A DNA stretch of 64,000 nt from the NCBI GenBank assembly GCA_963718525.1, contig OY970355.1, positions 2,208,001-2,272,000 of the forward strand, given 5' to 3'. This document shows positions 9,854-20,672 of the stretch, piece after piece. Position 1 is the stretch's first letter, and every line of letters starts with the position of its first letter. The DNA comes from Candidatus Dormiibacterota bacterium (lineage in GTDB: Bacteria; Chloroflexota; Dormibacteria; Aeolococcales; Aeolococcaceae). The notes beneath the pieces are model-generated. The model did not search any database. It was not told where the DNA came from and was given only the letters and a program-made list of their open reading frames with translations. The position numbers and the translations under genes are program-made.

Positions 9854-11248
9854 ATGACAAGCAACAGCGCCCCATCGACCCTCGCGGAAATCCATCGTGA
9901 TAGCGATGACGACAGCCTCACACGACTGCCCGCTGCCGAGATGGCGCGGCTCGTACGGACCCGGACGCTCGACCCCGTCGAGCTCCTCGAGGCGAGCCTG
10001 CGGCGCATCGAAGCGCTGGAGCCGCGCCTCCATGCCTTCGTCGCAGTCCTCGAGCGTTCGGCCCTTGACGAGGCAGAACGCCTGCGCGACCGGTCCGACC
10101 TCGATCGCCTACCGCTGGCCGGCGTCCCGGTTGCCGTCAAAGACAACATCGAGATCGCCGGTGAACCCACGACTCAGGGCTCCCGAGCCACGTCCCAAGC
10201 GCCGGCCGCGGAGGACTCAACCATCGTGCGGCGGCTGCGCGAGGCCGGCGCGGTAATTGTGGGCAGGACGGTCATGCCTGAGCTCGCGATCTGGCCGTTC
10301 ACCGAGCCCGAAGCGTTCCCGGCCCCACGGAACCCGTGGAACCTGGACTGCACGCCCGGCGGGTCGAGCGGAGGTTCGGCGGTTGCCGTGGCTGCCCGCA
10401 TGGCTGCCCTTGCCGTGGGTTCGGACGGCGGTGGATCGCTTCGCGTCCCTGCGGCCTGCTGCGGCATCGTGGGCGTCAAACCGGCACCGGGTCTCGTGCC
10501 CCTGCCCGGGGAGCAAACCGAGCACTGGCATGGCCTCACAGCGTTCGGACCGCTAGCGCGCAACGTGACTGACGCAGCGCTGTTGCTCGACGTCCTCGCG
10601 GAGAGCCATGCCCATCAGGATCCCGCGGCGGCAACGAGCGGACTGCGCATCGCCATCTCGACTCGCCACCCCGTGTTCGGCGTTCGACCATCCCGCGAGA
10701 TTCGCGAGTTGCTCTCGAGCACGGCGGCTGCGCTGGCGGCAGCCGGCCACACCGTTGCATCCGCGGATCCTCGATACCCGATGTTGCCGACGCAGTTCAC
10801 TAGCCGGTGGCTTGCAGGCATCGCTCAGGACGCCACCCATGTCGACATGGCGCGGGTCGAATCACGGACGGCCGCGATGGTCCGGCGCGGGCAGCGAGCG
10901 CAACGCACGGTACGACCTGCGAGCGAGAGCAAGTTCGCCAAGTACATCCAACGTTGGTTGGAGGGATGCGACGTCCTCATCACGCCGGTGCTCGCGTCGC
11001 CTCCTGTGCCGATTGGCAAATGGGGAGGCCGGGGATGGACCTCAACGATGCTCGGCGTCGGTCGGTGGACCTACACGAGCATGTGGAATGTCGCCGGCGT
11101 CGCGGCGGTTGCCATACCGGCCGGCATGACCGGTGAAGGCCTGCCCCTGGGTGTGCAACTCATTGGGCCGGCAGGTTCCGAGTCACTGCTGCTCTCGGTC
11201 GCGACACAGTTGGAGCGGGCGAATCCTTGGCCGACGGCTCCGGTCTAG
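9854..11248 (+). CDS. Amidase signature family enzyme
   Basis: GVPVAVKDN, PGGSSGGSAVAVA, GSDGGGSLRVPA (Ser-cisSer-Lys triad). Confidence 0.92.
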   Translation: MTSNSAPSTLAEIHRDSDDDSLTRLPAAEMARLVRTRTLDPVELLEASLRRIEALEPRLHAFVAVLERSALDEAERLRDRSDLDRLPLAGVPVAVKDNIEIAGEPTTQGSRATSQAPAAEDSTIVRRLREAGAVIVGRTVMPELAIWPFTEPEAFPAPRNPWNLDCTPGGSSGGSAVAVAARMAALAVGSDGGGSLRVPAACCGIVGVKPAPGLVPLPGEQTEHWHGLTAFGPLARNVTDAALLLDVLAESHAHQDPAAATSGLRIAISTRHPVFGVRPSREIRELLSSTAAALAAAGHTVASADPRYPMLPTQFTSRWLAGIAQDATHVDMARVESRTAAMVRRGQRAQRTVRPASESKFAKYIQRWLEGCDVLITPVLASPPVPIGKWGGRGWTSTMLGVGRWTYTSMWNVAGVAAVAIPAGMTGEGLPLGVQLIGPAGSESLLLSVATQLERANPWPTAPV

Positions 11249-11357
11249 AGCCGATGCTCCGAGACCACCCCGGTCAACGCGTCACGATGCAACGACCCGC
11301 CAGAGCATCCGCGCCGGCGACTGGCACACATCAGGTGACCAAACGCACGTCTCGTGA

Positions 11358-11626
11358 TGTCGAAGCGATTCCAGTGGATTCCATCAAACAAGCTCTAGTC
11401 GTCATTCCAACCATTTCCCACAAAACCACTCTAAATCGAACTCAGCACTCATCGGGAAATGAGGGCTAGTCTGGGGGACCAGGGGTCGCAGGTTCGAGTC
11501 CTGTCTCCCCGACGGACGCGCGATTTGATTCGCGGCGAGCGATTAAGGCACGTTGGGCACCGGCGGTGGAACGGATGTAGCGCTGTAACCAGGAATGATG
11601 GCTGTTCCTGCAAAAGGCATCATTCC
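11358..11626 (+). repeat. att-like junction J2 (type B right arm)
   Basis: Same left arm as J1; core 11466-11512; right arm CGGACGCGCGATTTGATTCGCGGCGAGCG...TTCCTGCAAAAGGC. Confidence 0.9.
11466..11512 (+). tRNA. tRNA-Pro(GGG) 3' fragment (att core)
   Basis: CTAGTCTGGGGGACCAGGGGTCGCAGGTTCGAGTCCTGTCTCCCCGA. Confidence 0.88.
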
Positions 11627-11709
11627 CCTGTTAGAGCCGGTGTCGTCCAGAGACCGGCCCGGACGCCGCCACGACTGCAGAGGCAGTCGAACTTGAACCG
11701 CATTCAGCC

Positions 11710-12195
11710 TCAGACCCGCGCCTGGACGGCCGGCTGTCGTATCACGTGCGCCCCAAGTGGGACGACGACGACGGGCAGTTCAGTCTGCAGCGTCAGCCCA
11801 TGGCTGGTGCTCCCGTGGAGCAATTCGGCGAATGCATGCTGGCCTCGGGTGCCCACGACAATCAGCTGGGCTCCCACCTCCGTGGCCACATCTGCGAGCA
11901 CGATGGGTGCTGACCCCTCCTGCACGCGCGACTCCCACGCGACACCGGCCGCCCTGAGAGGCTCGCAGAACTCGGTGATCACCCGCTCCTGCAGGTCCGC
12001 GCTGGTCTGATCGACAACGTCCTGCGGGACATACATCACGTACCCGCCGGCTCCGACGATTGGCGGCGCCAGCGGAGGTGCTACGTGAACGAGGACTACT
12101 CGCGCGCCGAGTTGGCGTGCGAGCTCGGCGGTCCAGGCGACTGCGTTCTGCCCTTGGCTGGATCCATCCGTACCTACGACGATTGTCTTGATCAT
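11710..12195 (-). CDS. Universal stress protein (UspA family)
   Basis: IVVGTDGS, LIVVGTRG, HGSTS, PVVVVP. Confidence 0.9.
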   Translation of the reverse strand: MIKTIVVGTDGSSQGQNAVAWTAELARQLGARVVLVHVAPPLAPPIVGAGGYVMYVPQDVVDQTSADLQERVITEFCEPLRAAGVAWESRVQEGSAPIVLADVATEVGAQLIVVGTRGQHAFAELLHGSTSHGLTLQTELPVVVVPLGAHVIRQPAVQARV

Positions 12196-12357
12196 CAGAC
12201 GACCTCCATGACTCGGTATGCCCCTGTGATACAGCCGTTGGGCCGCACTCGCTAGAGCCGAACGACATCAGGTGTATACGGACCTTTGGCTCCATTAAGG
12301 TCCCAGGAGAGCGTCATGCAAGACTCCGTCGGTCAGGAGCCGTTCGTCACGTCGATC

Positions 12358-14316
12358 CTATCGGCGAATGAGGTCTGCAACCGCGTACTCGGATGGTGAG
12401 GAAAACTGGCTCGAGTACAGGTCGTAATAGAACCCGCGGCGCTCGAGCAGCTCGGTGTGGCTGCCGACCTCGACGATCCGGCCTGCATCCATCACCACGA
12501 TGAAGTCGGCGTTGCGGATCGTGGACAGACGATGGGCGATCACGAAGCTCGTCCGACCGGACCGGAGGCGCGCCATCGCCTCCTGGATGAGCACCTCGGT
12601 CCGCGTGTCGACGTTGCTCGTCGCTTCGTCGAGGATGAGAATGGCCGGCTTGGCGAGGAAAGCCCTGGCGATCGTGATCAACTGCTGCTGCCCTGACGAG
12701 ATGTTGGACGCATCCTCGTCAAGGACCGTGTCGTAGCCGTCTGGGAGCGTGCGCACGAACTGGTCGACATAGGCAGCTTTGCCCGCTTCGACAACATCCT
12801 CGGTGGTGGCTCCGTCTCTGGCGTACGCGATGTTCTCTCGGATGCTTCCAGCGAAGAGCCAGGTGTCCTGAAGCACCATGCCGAACATGCTGCGCAGGCG
12901 TTCGCGGGGGAGCAGGTTGATGTCCACGCCGTCGACGAGGATGTGTCCGGAATTGATCTGATAGAAACGCATCAACAGGTTGACGATGGTTGTCTTGCCG
13001 GCGCCGGTGGGGCCCACGATCGCGACTGTCTGGCCGGGGAGCACGTCCAAGCTGAAGTCGTGAATGAGCGGTTTGTCTGCGACGTAGCGGAACGCGACGT
13101 GCTCCAGCGTCACGTGCCCTTGAGTCCGCCCAGCGGGCGAGGATCCCACGGCATCGGGCTCCTCCTCGGCGGCGAGAAACTCGAAGACGCGTTCGGCCGA
13201 TGCCAGCCCCGACTGCAGGAGATTCATCTGGCTGGCGATCTGGGTGATCGGCATCGTGAACTGCCGCGAGTACTGAATGAACGCCTGGACATCGCCGAGG
13301 GTCATCGTGCCGGACACGACCCGGTAACCGCCGATGACGGCGATTGCGACGTAGTTCAGGTTGGCTAGGAGCTGCATCGCCGGTTGCATCGTGCCGGAGA
13401 GGAATTGCGCGCGAAAGCTCGCCTCATAGAGCTTCTGGTTCTTGCCATCGAAGTCGTCGATGGTGCTCGCCGTCCGGCCGTAGACCTGGACCAACGCGTG
13501 CCCCGTGTGGGTCTGCTCCACATGGGCATTGACGGTGCCGGTCCGCTCCCACTGCGCTGCGAACTGCTTCTGGGCGCGGCGAGCGATCACAAGGGTCACG
13601 CCGATCGACATGGGAACGGTGACGAGCGAGATGACCGCCAGCAACGGGCTGATCCACAGCATCATCCCGAGCACGCCGACGATCGTCAGCGCCGATGTGA
13701 GCAGCTGGCTGAGTCCCTGCTGCAAGGTCGTCGTGACGTTGTCGATGTCGTTGGTGACCCGGCTCAACAGGTCACCGTGCGGATGGCTGTCAAAGTACTG
13801 CAGGGGGAGACGCCGGAGCTTCGCCTCAACATCACGGCGCATACCGAACACGGTTCGTTGCGCCACGCCCGCCATGAGGTAACCCTGCATCCAGCTGAAC
13901 GCCGCGCCGAGGAGGTAGAGCAACGCCACCACACCGAGGATCACACCCAGCCCTGTGAAATCGATCCCCCGCCCGGGGGTCACATTCATGCCAGAGAGCA
14001 TCTGGGCCAGCTGCCCCTGACCGTGGAGCCGGAGCCCGGCGATCACCTGCGCCTTGGTCATCCCCGCCGGCAGCCCCTTGCCGACCACACCATTGAAGAT
14101 GAGGTTGGTGGCATTGCCGATGATCCGCGGTGCGATCACCGTAAAGGCGATCCCGGTGGACGCGAGCACTGCCGCCAGCGTGATTCGCGGGGCCTCCGGA
14201 CGGAGGCGGCCGACTAACTGGCGGAGCGTGCGGCCTGGATGTCGCGTGGTTTGTGGAGGCCCGGTCGGCCCTCGAAACGCTCCGGGGCGTCCGCCCATCG
14301 GGCCGCGCGCCATCAT
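12358..14316 (-). CDS. Heterodimeric ABC exporter subunit (TMD+NBD, consensus Walker B)
   Basis: GPTGAGKT, ISSGQQQ, ILDEATS, VIAHRLST; start overlaps the partner's stop. Confidence 0.92.
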   Translation of the reverse strand: MMARGPMGGRPGAFRGPTGPPQTTRHPGRTLRQLVGRLRPEAPRITLAAVLASTGIAFTVIAPRIIGNATNLIFNGVVGKGLPAGMTKAQVIAGLRLHGQGQLAQMLSGMNVTPGRGIDFTGLGVILGVVALLYLLGAAFSWMQGYLMAGVAQRTVFGMRRDVEAKLRRLPLQYFDSHPHGDLLSRVTNDIDNVTTTLQQGLSQLLTSALTIVGVLGMMLWISPLLAVISLVTVPMSIGVTLVIARRAQKQFAAQWERTGTVNAHVEQTHTGHALVQVYGRTASTIDDFDGKNQKLYEASFRAQFLSGTMQPAMQLLANLNYVAIAVIGGYRVVSGTMTLGDVQAFIQYSRQFTMPITQIASQMNLLQSGLASAERVFEFLAAEEEPDAVGSSPAGRTQGHVTLEHVAFRYVADKPLIHDFSLDVLPGQTVAIVGPTGAGKTTIVNLLMRFYQINSGHILVDGVDINLLPRERLRSMFGMVLQDTWLFAGSIRENIAYARDGATTEDVVEAGKAAYVDQFVRTLPDGYDTVLDEDASNISSGQQQLITIARAFLAKPAILILDEATSNVDTRTEVLIQEAMARLRSGRTSFVIAHRLSTIRNADFIVVMDAGRIVEVGSHTELLERRGFYYDLYSSQFSSPSEYAVADLIRR

Positions 14317-16046
14317 GCCGCCGCCTCCCCGAGCTGCGACGCGACGATCTCCTGGTACTGGGAGCAGGAAGCCAGAAGCTCTTCGTGCGTGCCGAGGCCG
14401 ACGATGCGCCCACCGTCGAGCACGATGATCCGGTCGGCCTGGAGGATCGTGCTCACCCGCTGGGCCACAATCACCACGGTGTTCCCGCGAGTCCTGTCGA
14501 CGAGTGCCGCCCGCAGCCGAGCGTCGGTGGTGGCATCCAGGGCTGAGAAGCAATCGTCGAACAGATAGATGAGCGGACGCTTCAGGAGCGCTCGCGCGAT
14601 CGCCAGACGCTGACGCTGACCGCCGGACACGTTGGTCCCGCCTTGGTCGATGGGAGCATCGAGGCCACCGGGCATCGACCCGACGAACTCGCGCGCCTGC
14701 GCTACCTCGAGCGCGTCCCAGAGGTCGTCATCGGTTGCATCCTGGTTGGCAAAACGGAGGTTGGTGGCCACCGTTCCGCTGAACAGATAAGCCTGCTGGG
14801 GCACCAGCCCGATGTCGGCCCAGAGGCTCTCCAGTGTGCGGTCGCGGACGTCGACGCCATCCATGAACAGCGCGCCCGCACTCGCGTCGAAGAATCGTGG
14901 GATGAGATGCAACAGCGTCGTCTTTCCCGCGCCGGTGCCGCCGATGATGGCGGCGGTCTCACCTGGCTGTAACGTGAAGGACAGCCCGCGGAGCACCGGT
15001 TGCTCACTGCTGGGGTAGCCGAAGGTAACATCACGAAACTCGACGACCCCCGTCGGATGCACCGGCACGACTGGATGAGCCGGATCCGCGATCGCCGGCT
15101 GGAGGCGGATGACTTCTTCGATGCGCTCGGCGCTGGCTTCGGCGCGGGGGACCAGGATCACCATCATGACGGCCATCAACACCGACATCAGGATCTGGAG
15201 GATGTACGCGAGGAATGCTGTGAGATTCCCGATCGGCATGCTCCCGCTGTCGACGAGGTGGCCGCCGAACCAGAGCACCGCAACGCTCGACAGGTTCATC
15301 ACTCCCATGAGCGCCGGCATGGCGAGCACGAAGATCCTGTTGACGCGCAGCGTCGTCGCCGTGAGATCGGCGTTGGCGGTTGCAAACCGGTGTTCCTCGT
15401 AGTCCGAGCGTACGAACGCCCGAATGACCCGAACGCCGGTGATCTGCTCGCGCAGCACCTGGTTGATGCGGTCGATCTTGACCTGCATCTTCTGGAACAG
15501 CGGGACCGCGACGTACAGCATTGCAAGGATCAACGCGGCCATGAGCGGGACGACCACGACCAGGAGCAACGACAGGCTCACATCCTCGCGAAGCGACATG
15601 ATGACGCCGCCGATCATCATGATCGGCGCCCCGACGATGACGGTCAGGGCCATCTGCAGGAAGAGTTGGATCTGCTGGACGTCGTTGGTGTTGCGCGTAA
15701 TCAACGACGGCGTTCCGAAGGTGTTCATCTCGCGCGATGACAGCTGTAGCACGCGAGCGAAGACCGAAGCACGAAGATCGCGGCCCACCCCCATCGACGT
15801 CCGCGACGCCCAGTACACAGCGATGATCGCGATGATGCCCTGGATCACGGTCACGCCGAGCATCAGGCCGCCGGTGCGCCAGATGTAGGGGATATCCCCC
15901 TTTGAGACACCGTTGTTGATGATGTCGGCCGTGAGATTGGGCAGGTAGAGCCCCAGGACGGTCTGGAATGTGATCAGCACGACCACGCCCGAAACCTGCC
16001 GCCAGTACCGCTGCAGGTGGGAGCGCAAAAGGCGCATGAGAGTCAT
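14313..16046 (-). CDS. Heterodimeric ABC exporter subunit (degenerate Walker B)
   Basis: GGTGAGKT, VSGGQRQR, LFDDCFSALD, VAQR; TM287/TM288-type pair. Confidence 0.92.
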   Translation of the reverse strand: MTLMRLLRSHLQRYWRQVSGVVVLITFQTVLGLYLPNLTADIINNGVSKGDIPYIWRTGGLMLGVTVIQGIIAIIAVYWASRTSMGVGRDLRASVFARVLQLSSREMNTFGTPSLITRNTNDVQQIQLFLQMALTVIVGAPIMMIGGVIMSLREDVSLSLLLVVVVPLMAALILAMLYVAVPLFQKMQVKIDRINQVLREQITGVRVIRAFVRSDYEEHRFATANADLTATTLRVNRIFVLAMPALMGVMNLSSVAVLWFGGHLVDSGSMPIGNLTAFLAYILQILMSVLMAVMMVILVPRAEASAERIEEVIRLQPAIADPAHPVVPVHPTGVVEFRDVTFGYPSSEQPVLRGLSFTLQPGETAAIIGGTGAGKTTLLHLIPRFFDASAGALFMDGVDVRDRTLESLWADIGLVPQQAYLFSGTVATNLRFANQDATDDDLWDALEVAQAREFVGSMPGGLDAPIDQGGTNVSGGQRQRLAIARALLKRPLIYLFDDCFSALDATTDARLRAALVDRTRGNTVVIVAQRVSTILQADRIIVLDGGRIVGLGTHEELLASCSQYQEIVASQLGEAAA

Positions 16047-16182
16047 CGTCGCGGCAAGTGGCGCTCGGACGCATTCGAGGTTAGTCTTCGCCGATCTTGA
16101 TCGATGTGCACTGCCTTCATCCCGTTGACAGACCCAGTGAGGGCATTCGGCTACAGTGTCGAGCCTGAGGCGCAAGGAGCCC

Positions 16183-16222
16183 AGGGGCAATCGGCCCCAA
16201 TCCCGCTGGGCCAAACGTCCTG
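16183..16222. promoter_or_regulatory. Candidate DosR/OsdR-like boxes
   Basis: AGGGGCAATCGGCCCC and TGGGCCAAACGTCCTG resemble the GGGCCNNTCGGCCC palindrome, upstream of a pyridoxamine-oxidase-like gene. Confidence 0.4.
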
Positions 16223-16269
16223 GTGCAAACGTCCGCGACACCAACGACTGGTCTTGAGAGGAGACCGAA

Positions 16270-16686
16270 ATGGAGAGACAACCCCAGACGAGAGTTCATG
16301 AGCTCAGCAGAGAAGAGTCGATGGAGCTCCTGCAACTCCATTCCTTCGTCGGGAGGATAGGCTTTGTCGTGGAGGGGCTGCCCTTGATCCTCCCGGTCAA
16401 CTACCTCGCCGACGACGAGTTCATCGTGTTCTGCACCGAGCCAGGCACGAAGCTGAGCACCATCGGCGGCGGCGCGCGCGTGGTGTTCGAGGTAGACGAC
16501 AGCCGACCTCTCTACCACGCCGGCTGGAGTGTCGTGGTCAAAGGGACAGCTCGTGAGATCACCGACGTGAGCGAGTTGGACGAGCTGCGTCGTGGGCCGC
16601 TGCATTCGTGGGCAACACGCTCCACCGAACATTGGGTCCGAATCTCGATGGATGAGGTGACAGGCCGTCGGATCCCAGAGGTCTAA
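16270..16686 (+). CDS. Pyridoxamine 5'-phosphate oxidase-like flavin-binding protein
   Basis: VGRIGF, ILPVNY, VFEVD, GWSVVVKG, VTGRR. Confidence 0.85.
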   Translation: MERQPQTRVHELSREESMELLQLHSFVGRIGFVVEGLPLILPVNYLADDEFIVFCTEPGTKLSTIGGGARVVFEVDDSRPLYHAGWSVVVKGTAREITDVSELDELRRGPLHSWATRSTEHWVRISMDEVTGRRIPEV

Positions 16687-16843
16687 CAGTCGGGGTCGCG
16701 CTCTCTGCCTCGTTCCGGTCGAACCAGCGCAAGCAGCATGACGTACGCCGCACAAGGCTCACGAGCCGGTCGCTTCGGCCCGGCTGATTCAGGTCAATTG
16801 GCCCTGTTGGGCTCGACATGAATCGTCCACCCTGGGTGCAGCC

Positions 16844-17281
16844 ATGGCCAACGTGCTCCGGCGGTTCCGAAGGTTGTCTCCTCCGGGCGCAGCCATGGGA
16901 GGAGTTGCGCCTCCGACTGACCCGGAAGTAGCGCGCATCTCTGAGCTCGCGCCCGTATTCGTCGCCTTGGATGCCGTGCAGAATGAGGTCGACGCAATCG
17001 TAGAAGCTGCACGCGTCGAGGCAGATCGGATCCGGTCGCAGGTTGCTGCCGACGCTGAAGCGGTCATTGCGCGCGCGACAGAGCGGGCCATCGCTGTTAA
17101 GACGCAGGAGTCGCAGCGCCGGCTCGAACGATCTGCGACCGAGCGTGAGACACGGATCGCCGCAGGGGAGGCGCAAGCAGCTACGGTGCGGACGAACGCC
17201 GACGCAAGAGCAGCTGCCGTTGCAGATGCGGTCGTCCTGCACCTTGCCTCCTTGGCTGTGGCGGGTGGGGTCGATCGATGA
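16844..17281 (+). CDS. V/A-ATPase peripheral stalk subunit G/H-like
   Basis: Ala/Glu/Arg-rich coiled coil, first gene of the ATPase operon. Confidence 0.5.
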   Translation: MANVLRRFRRLSPPGAAMGGVAPPTDPEVARISELAPVFVALDAVQNEVDAIVEAARVEADRIRSQVAADAEAVIARATERAIAVKTQESQRRLERSATERETRIAAGEAQAATVRTNADARAAAVADAVVLHLASLAVAGGVDR

Positions 17282-18129
17282 GCGCCGGGTGGATCGCCGG
17301 GGATGTGCGAGCGCGTGGTCTGGCGAGTGAGCCCTCGGATGTCGCGGCGAGTGTCGCGTCCGCGACGAATCTCAGCGGCGGCGTCGCGGTGCTCGGTCAT
17401 GCGAGGTGGATACGCGACATCGAAACAGCCACGACGGTCGCGGCCAGTCAGCGTGCGGTGTTCGAGACGCTCCTCTGGCGGCTTCGAGTCACCGCCGGGT
17501 GGCTGCCGTCAGAAGGTGTTGAGATGGTCCGGAGCTGCGTCGTCTGGTTTGAAATCAGGAATATCGAGGACCGGCTCGCCTACTTCGCGGGCGCGCTGGC
17601 TGAAGTGCCATACGAACTCGGCCGTCTCGGAATCATCTCGAGGGCACTCGGCCTGACCAGCAGCGGAGAGGACATCCGGCGGCTGATGGCCGCCTCAGCG
17701 TGGGGCGATCCGGGTGGTGCGGATGCGTACCGGATCAGGATCTGGCTCCGCCGCATGTGGCACAAGCGGGCCCGCGACGCGTCTCCCCAGCTCCGGGTCT
17801 GGTCGGATGCGGCCGCATGGCTGTTGGCCGTGCGCGAGAGAACGGCAGCGCGGTCGGGTGCCGATCTCCTGGCTCGCACGCCTCCGTCGCTCCCGTCGTC
17901 CTGGAAGTGGGCGTCAGTCGACTGGGCCGGGCCAGATCTTTGGCGCGCTGAGGAACGCTGGTGGATCCAGGTACGGAAGGACGGCCTGCGGCTGCTGCAC
18001 GCGCCGATCGGAACACCGGGTCCTGCGCTGGGGGCCATCACCACCCTCGCTTCGTCAGCGCGTCGAATAGCGACGGCGCTGGAGATCGCCGCGGGCGTGG
18101 GGGGCGGAGGCATCGATGCCGCCGACTAA
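17278..18129 (+). CDS. V/A-ATPase subunit C-like (divergent)
   Basis: Operon position, overlapping start/stop, WFEIRNIEDRL motif. Confidence 0.5.
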   Translation: MSAGWIAGDVRARGLASEPSDVAASVASATNLSGGVAVLGHARWIRDIETATTVAASQRAVFETLLWRLRVTAGWLPSEGVEMVRSCVVWFEIRNIEDRLAYFAGALAEVPYELGRLGIISRALGLTSSGEDIRRLMAASAWGDPGGADAYRIRIWLRRMWHKRARDASPQLRVWSDAAAWLLAVRERTAARSGADLLARTPPSLPSSWKWASVDWAGPDLWRAEERWWIQVRKDGLRLLHAPIGTPGPALGAITTLASSARRIATALEIAAGVGGGGIDAAD

Positions 18130-19495
18130 CGCCGCCGGGGCGGTTCGCATGTCTCGGGCCGCCGTTCTCATTGCCGAGAACCAAGTGCGAGCCGGGCTCG
18201 TCGAAGTGGCCGCTGCCGGATGCGTGGATTTCGACGAGGTAGGCACAACGCCGGAGGACGAGATCAGCGAGGCGCTCAGGAGATTGGCGCCCGGCGCGAC
18301 AACAGCGCCCTCGGTGGTGACGAGGATCGCCGTCGACCCTTCGAAACTGGAGCGTGAGGGCCGGCGTGATCTGCTCACCGGCGAGCAACAACTCCATCGC
18401 CTGGCTGCCGGTGGCCTCCATCGTGATGGGGTAGCCGCCTGGCTGGGGTGGCTGCCCGAGAACGAACGCGCTGGCCTGTCCCGTCGTCTTGAGCCGATTG
18501 GTGGCGCAGTGGTTGCACTCCCTCGGCCGCCCTGGCGTGAGCCACCGACGCAACTGGCGGACAACCTGGGGAGAGCTCGATTTCATGTACTCGTCGACAG
18601 CTTTGGCGTGGTGCCGTACGCGGACATCGATCCGACCCTGTTTGCTGCGGCAACGTACATCGTCATGTTCGGGATGATGTTCGCCGACGCCGGTCACGGC
18701 GCGATCGTCGCCATCCTTGGAATCATCGCGGGGCTGCAGCGGCGCTGGCCCGCCTTGCGATCGGCGTGGCCGCTCATCACCGCGTGTGGTGTGTCCGCGT
18801 GCGTGTTCGGTGTCCTCTTCGGGGAGTTCTTCGGCCCGACCGGGGTCGTGGCGCCACTGTGGATCCGTCCTCTCGACGATCCAGAGTTGTTGCTCCTCGC
18901 AGCGGTGCTGTTTGGCGCGGTGCTGATGAGTGGGAGTTACGCCATGGGGACCATCAACCGATACCGCGAAGGAGGCTGGGGTCGCGCGCTCGTCGCCGCG
19001 TCGGGCATCGCGGGGTTCTCTGTGTTCGCCGCCTTCGGTGTTCTCGCTGCGGGCATCGTCTCGCACCAGATCGTTCTCATCGTTGCGGCCGTCGTGGTCG
19101 GGGCGTTCGGCCTCGGCCTGCTGACGCTCGGCCTTCGGCGCGACGCTGCTTCGGGAGGAGGCGCTGCAGCGGAGATGGCGGTCGGCATCTTCGACACGGT
19201 GATTCGGGTCGGTACCAACCTCGTCTCATTCGCACGGCTCGCCGCGTTCGGGCTGGTGCACGCCGCGATCGAGGGACTTGTGTGGTCGGCGACGTCGTCG
19301 CTCGTCGGACGGGGATGGCTGACCCTCATCGGGATCATCGCGTTCGTCGTCGGCAACGCGATCGCCTTCGGACTCGAAGGCTTGGTTGTCGGCATCCAGG
19401 CACTTCGACTCGAGTATTACGAGCTGTTCTCTCGCTTGTTCGTTGGTGAGGGACGCAGGTTCCACCCCTGGCACCTCAATATCGTGGAGGCTTGA
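18116..19495 (+). CDS. ntpI: V/A-ATPase subunit I (a)
   Basis: IDPT, FGMMFADAGHG, SFARLAAFGLVH, IQALRLEYYELFSRLF. Confidence 0.88.
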   Translation: MPPTNAAGAVRMSRAAVLIAENQVRAGLVEVAAAGCVDFDEVGTTPEDEISEALRRLAPGATTAPSVVTRIAVDPSKLEREGRRDLLTGEQQLHRLAAGGLHRDGVAAWLGWLPENERAGLSRRLEPIGGAVVALPRPPWREPPTQLADNLGRARFHVLVDSFGVVPYADIDPTLFAAATYIVMFGMMFADAGHGAIVAILGIIAGLQRRWPALRSAWPLITACGVSACVFGVLFGEFFGPTGVVAPLWIRPLDDPELLLLAAVLFGAVLMSGSYAMGTINRYREGGWGRALVAASGIAGFSVFAAFGVLAAGIVSHQIVLIVAAVVVGAFGLGLLTLGLRRDAASGGGAAAEMAVGIFDTVIRVGTNLVSFARLAAFGLVHAAIEGLVWSATSSLVGRGWLTLIGIIAFVVGNAIAFGLEGLVVGIQALRLEYYELFSRLFVGEGRRFHPWHLNIVEA

Positions 19496-20138
<643 letters not shown>

Positions 20139-20142
<4 letters not shown>

Positions 20143-20672
20143 ATCAGCTCGAACCGCTGCGTCAGAGCCTGCTCAACGCGGCTTCGGCCCGCGCCGCCGC
20201 GACGATCGCGCAGGCGCGCGCAGACGCGACGGTGACACAGGCGGCTGCGAAGGCGAGAGCGGCAAAGATCATCGCCGCGGCGCGTGCGGAAGGCAGGCGC
20301 GCGACCGAGGCGAGAGCGCAGACGCAACGCGTCGAGGCCGAGCGCGCGGCGCGGGCGCTTATCCTCACTGCCGAACGAGGAGTCGAAGACAAAGCGCGGA
20401 CTCGGGCACTGGCTGCGGCGATGACCTTTCGCCACCAGCCCGAATACATCAAGCTCCTCGACACCCTGGAGGCGAGCGCACGCCGCCGCCTCGGACCCGC
20501 CGCGGAGATCGAGCGCGATCCGCCCGACGCCGGGGGAGTGCGCGCCCGGCTGGGGCGCCGAAGCATCGACCTCACCCTGGTGTCGCTGGTCGATCAAACG
20601 CTCAGGAGTGTTCGCGATGACGCCGCGGACCCGGCCGTGATCGGCTCCGGCACCTCGGAGCTCGCGAAATGA
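20139..20672 (+). CDS. ntpE: V/A-ATPase subunit E
   Basis: Coiled N-terminus, C-terminal AGGVRARLGRRSIDLTL; GTG 20139 overlaps the F stop. Confidence 0.7.
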
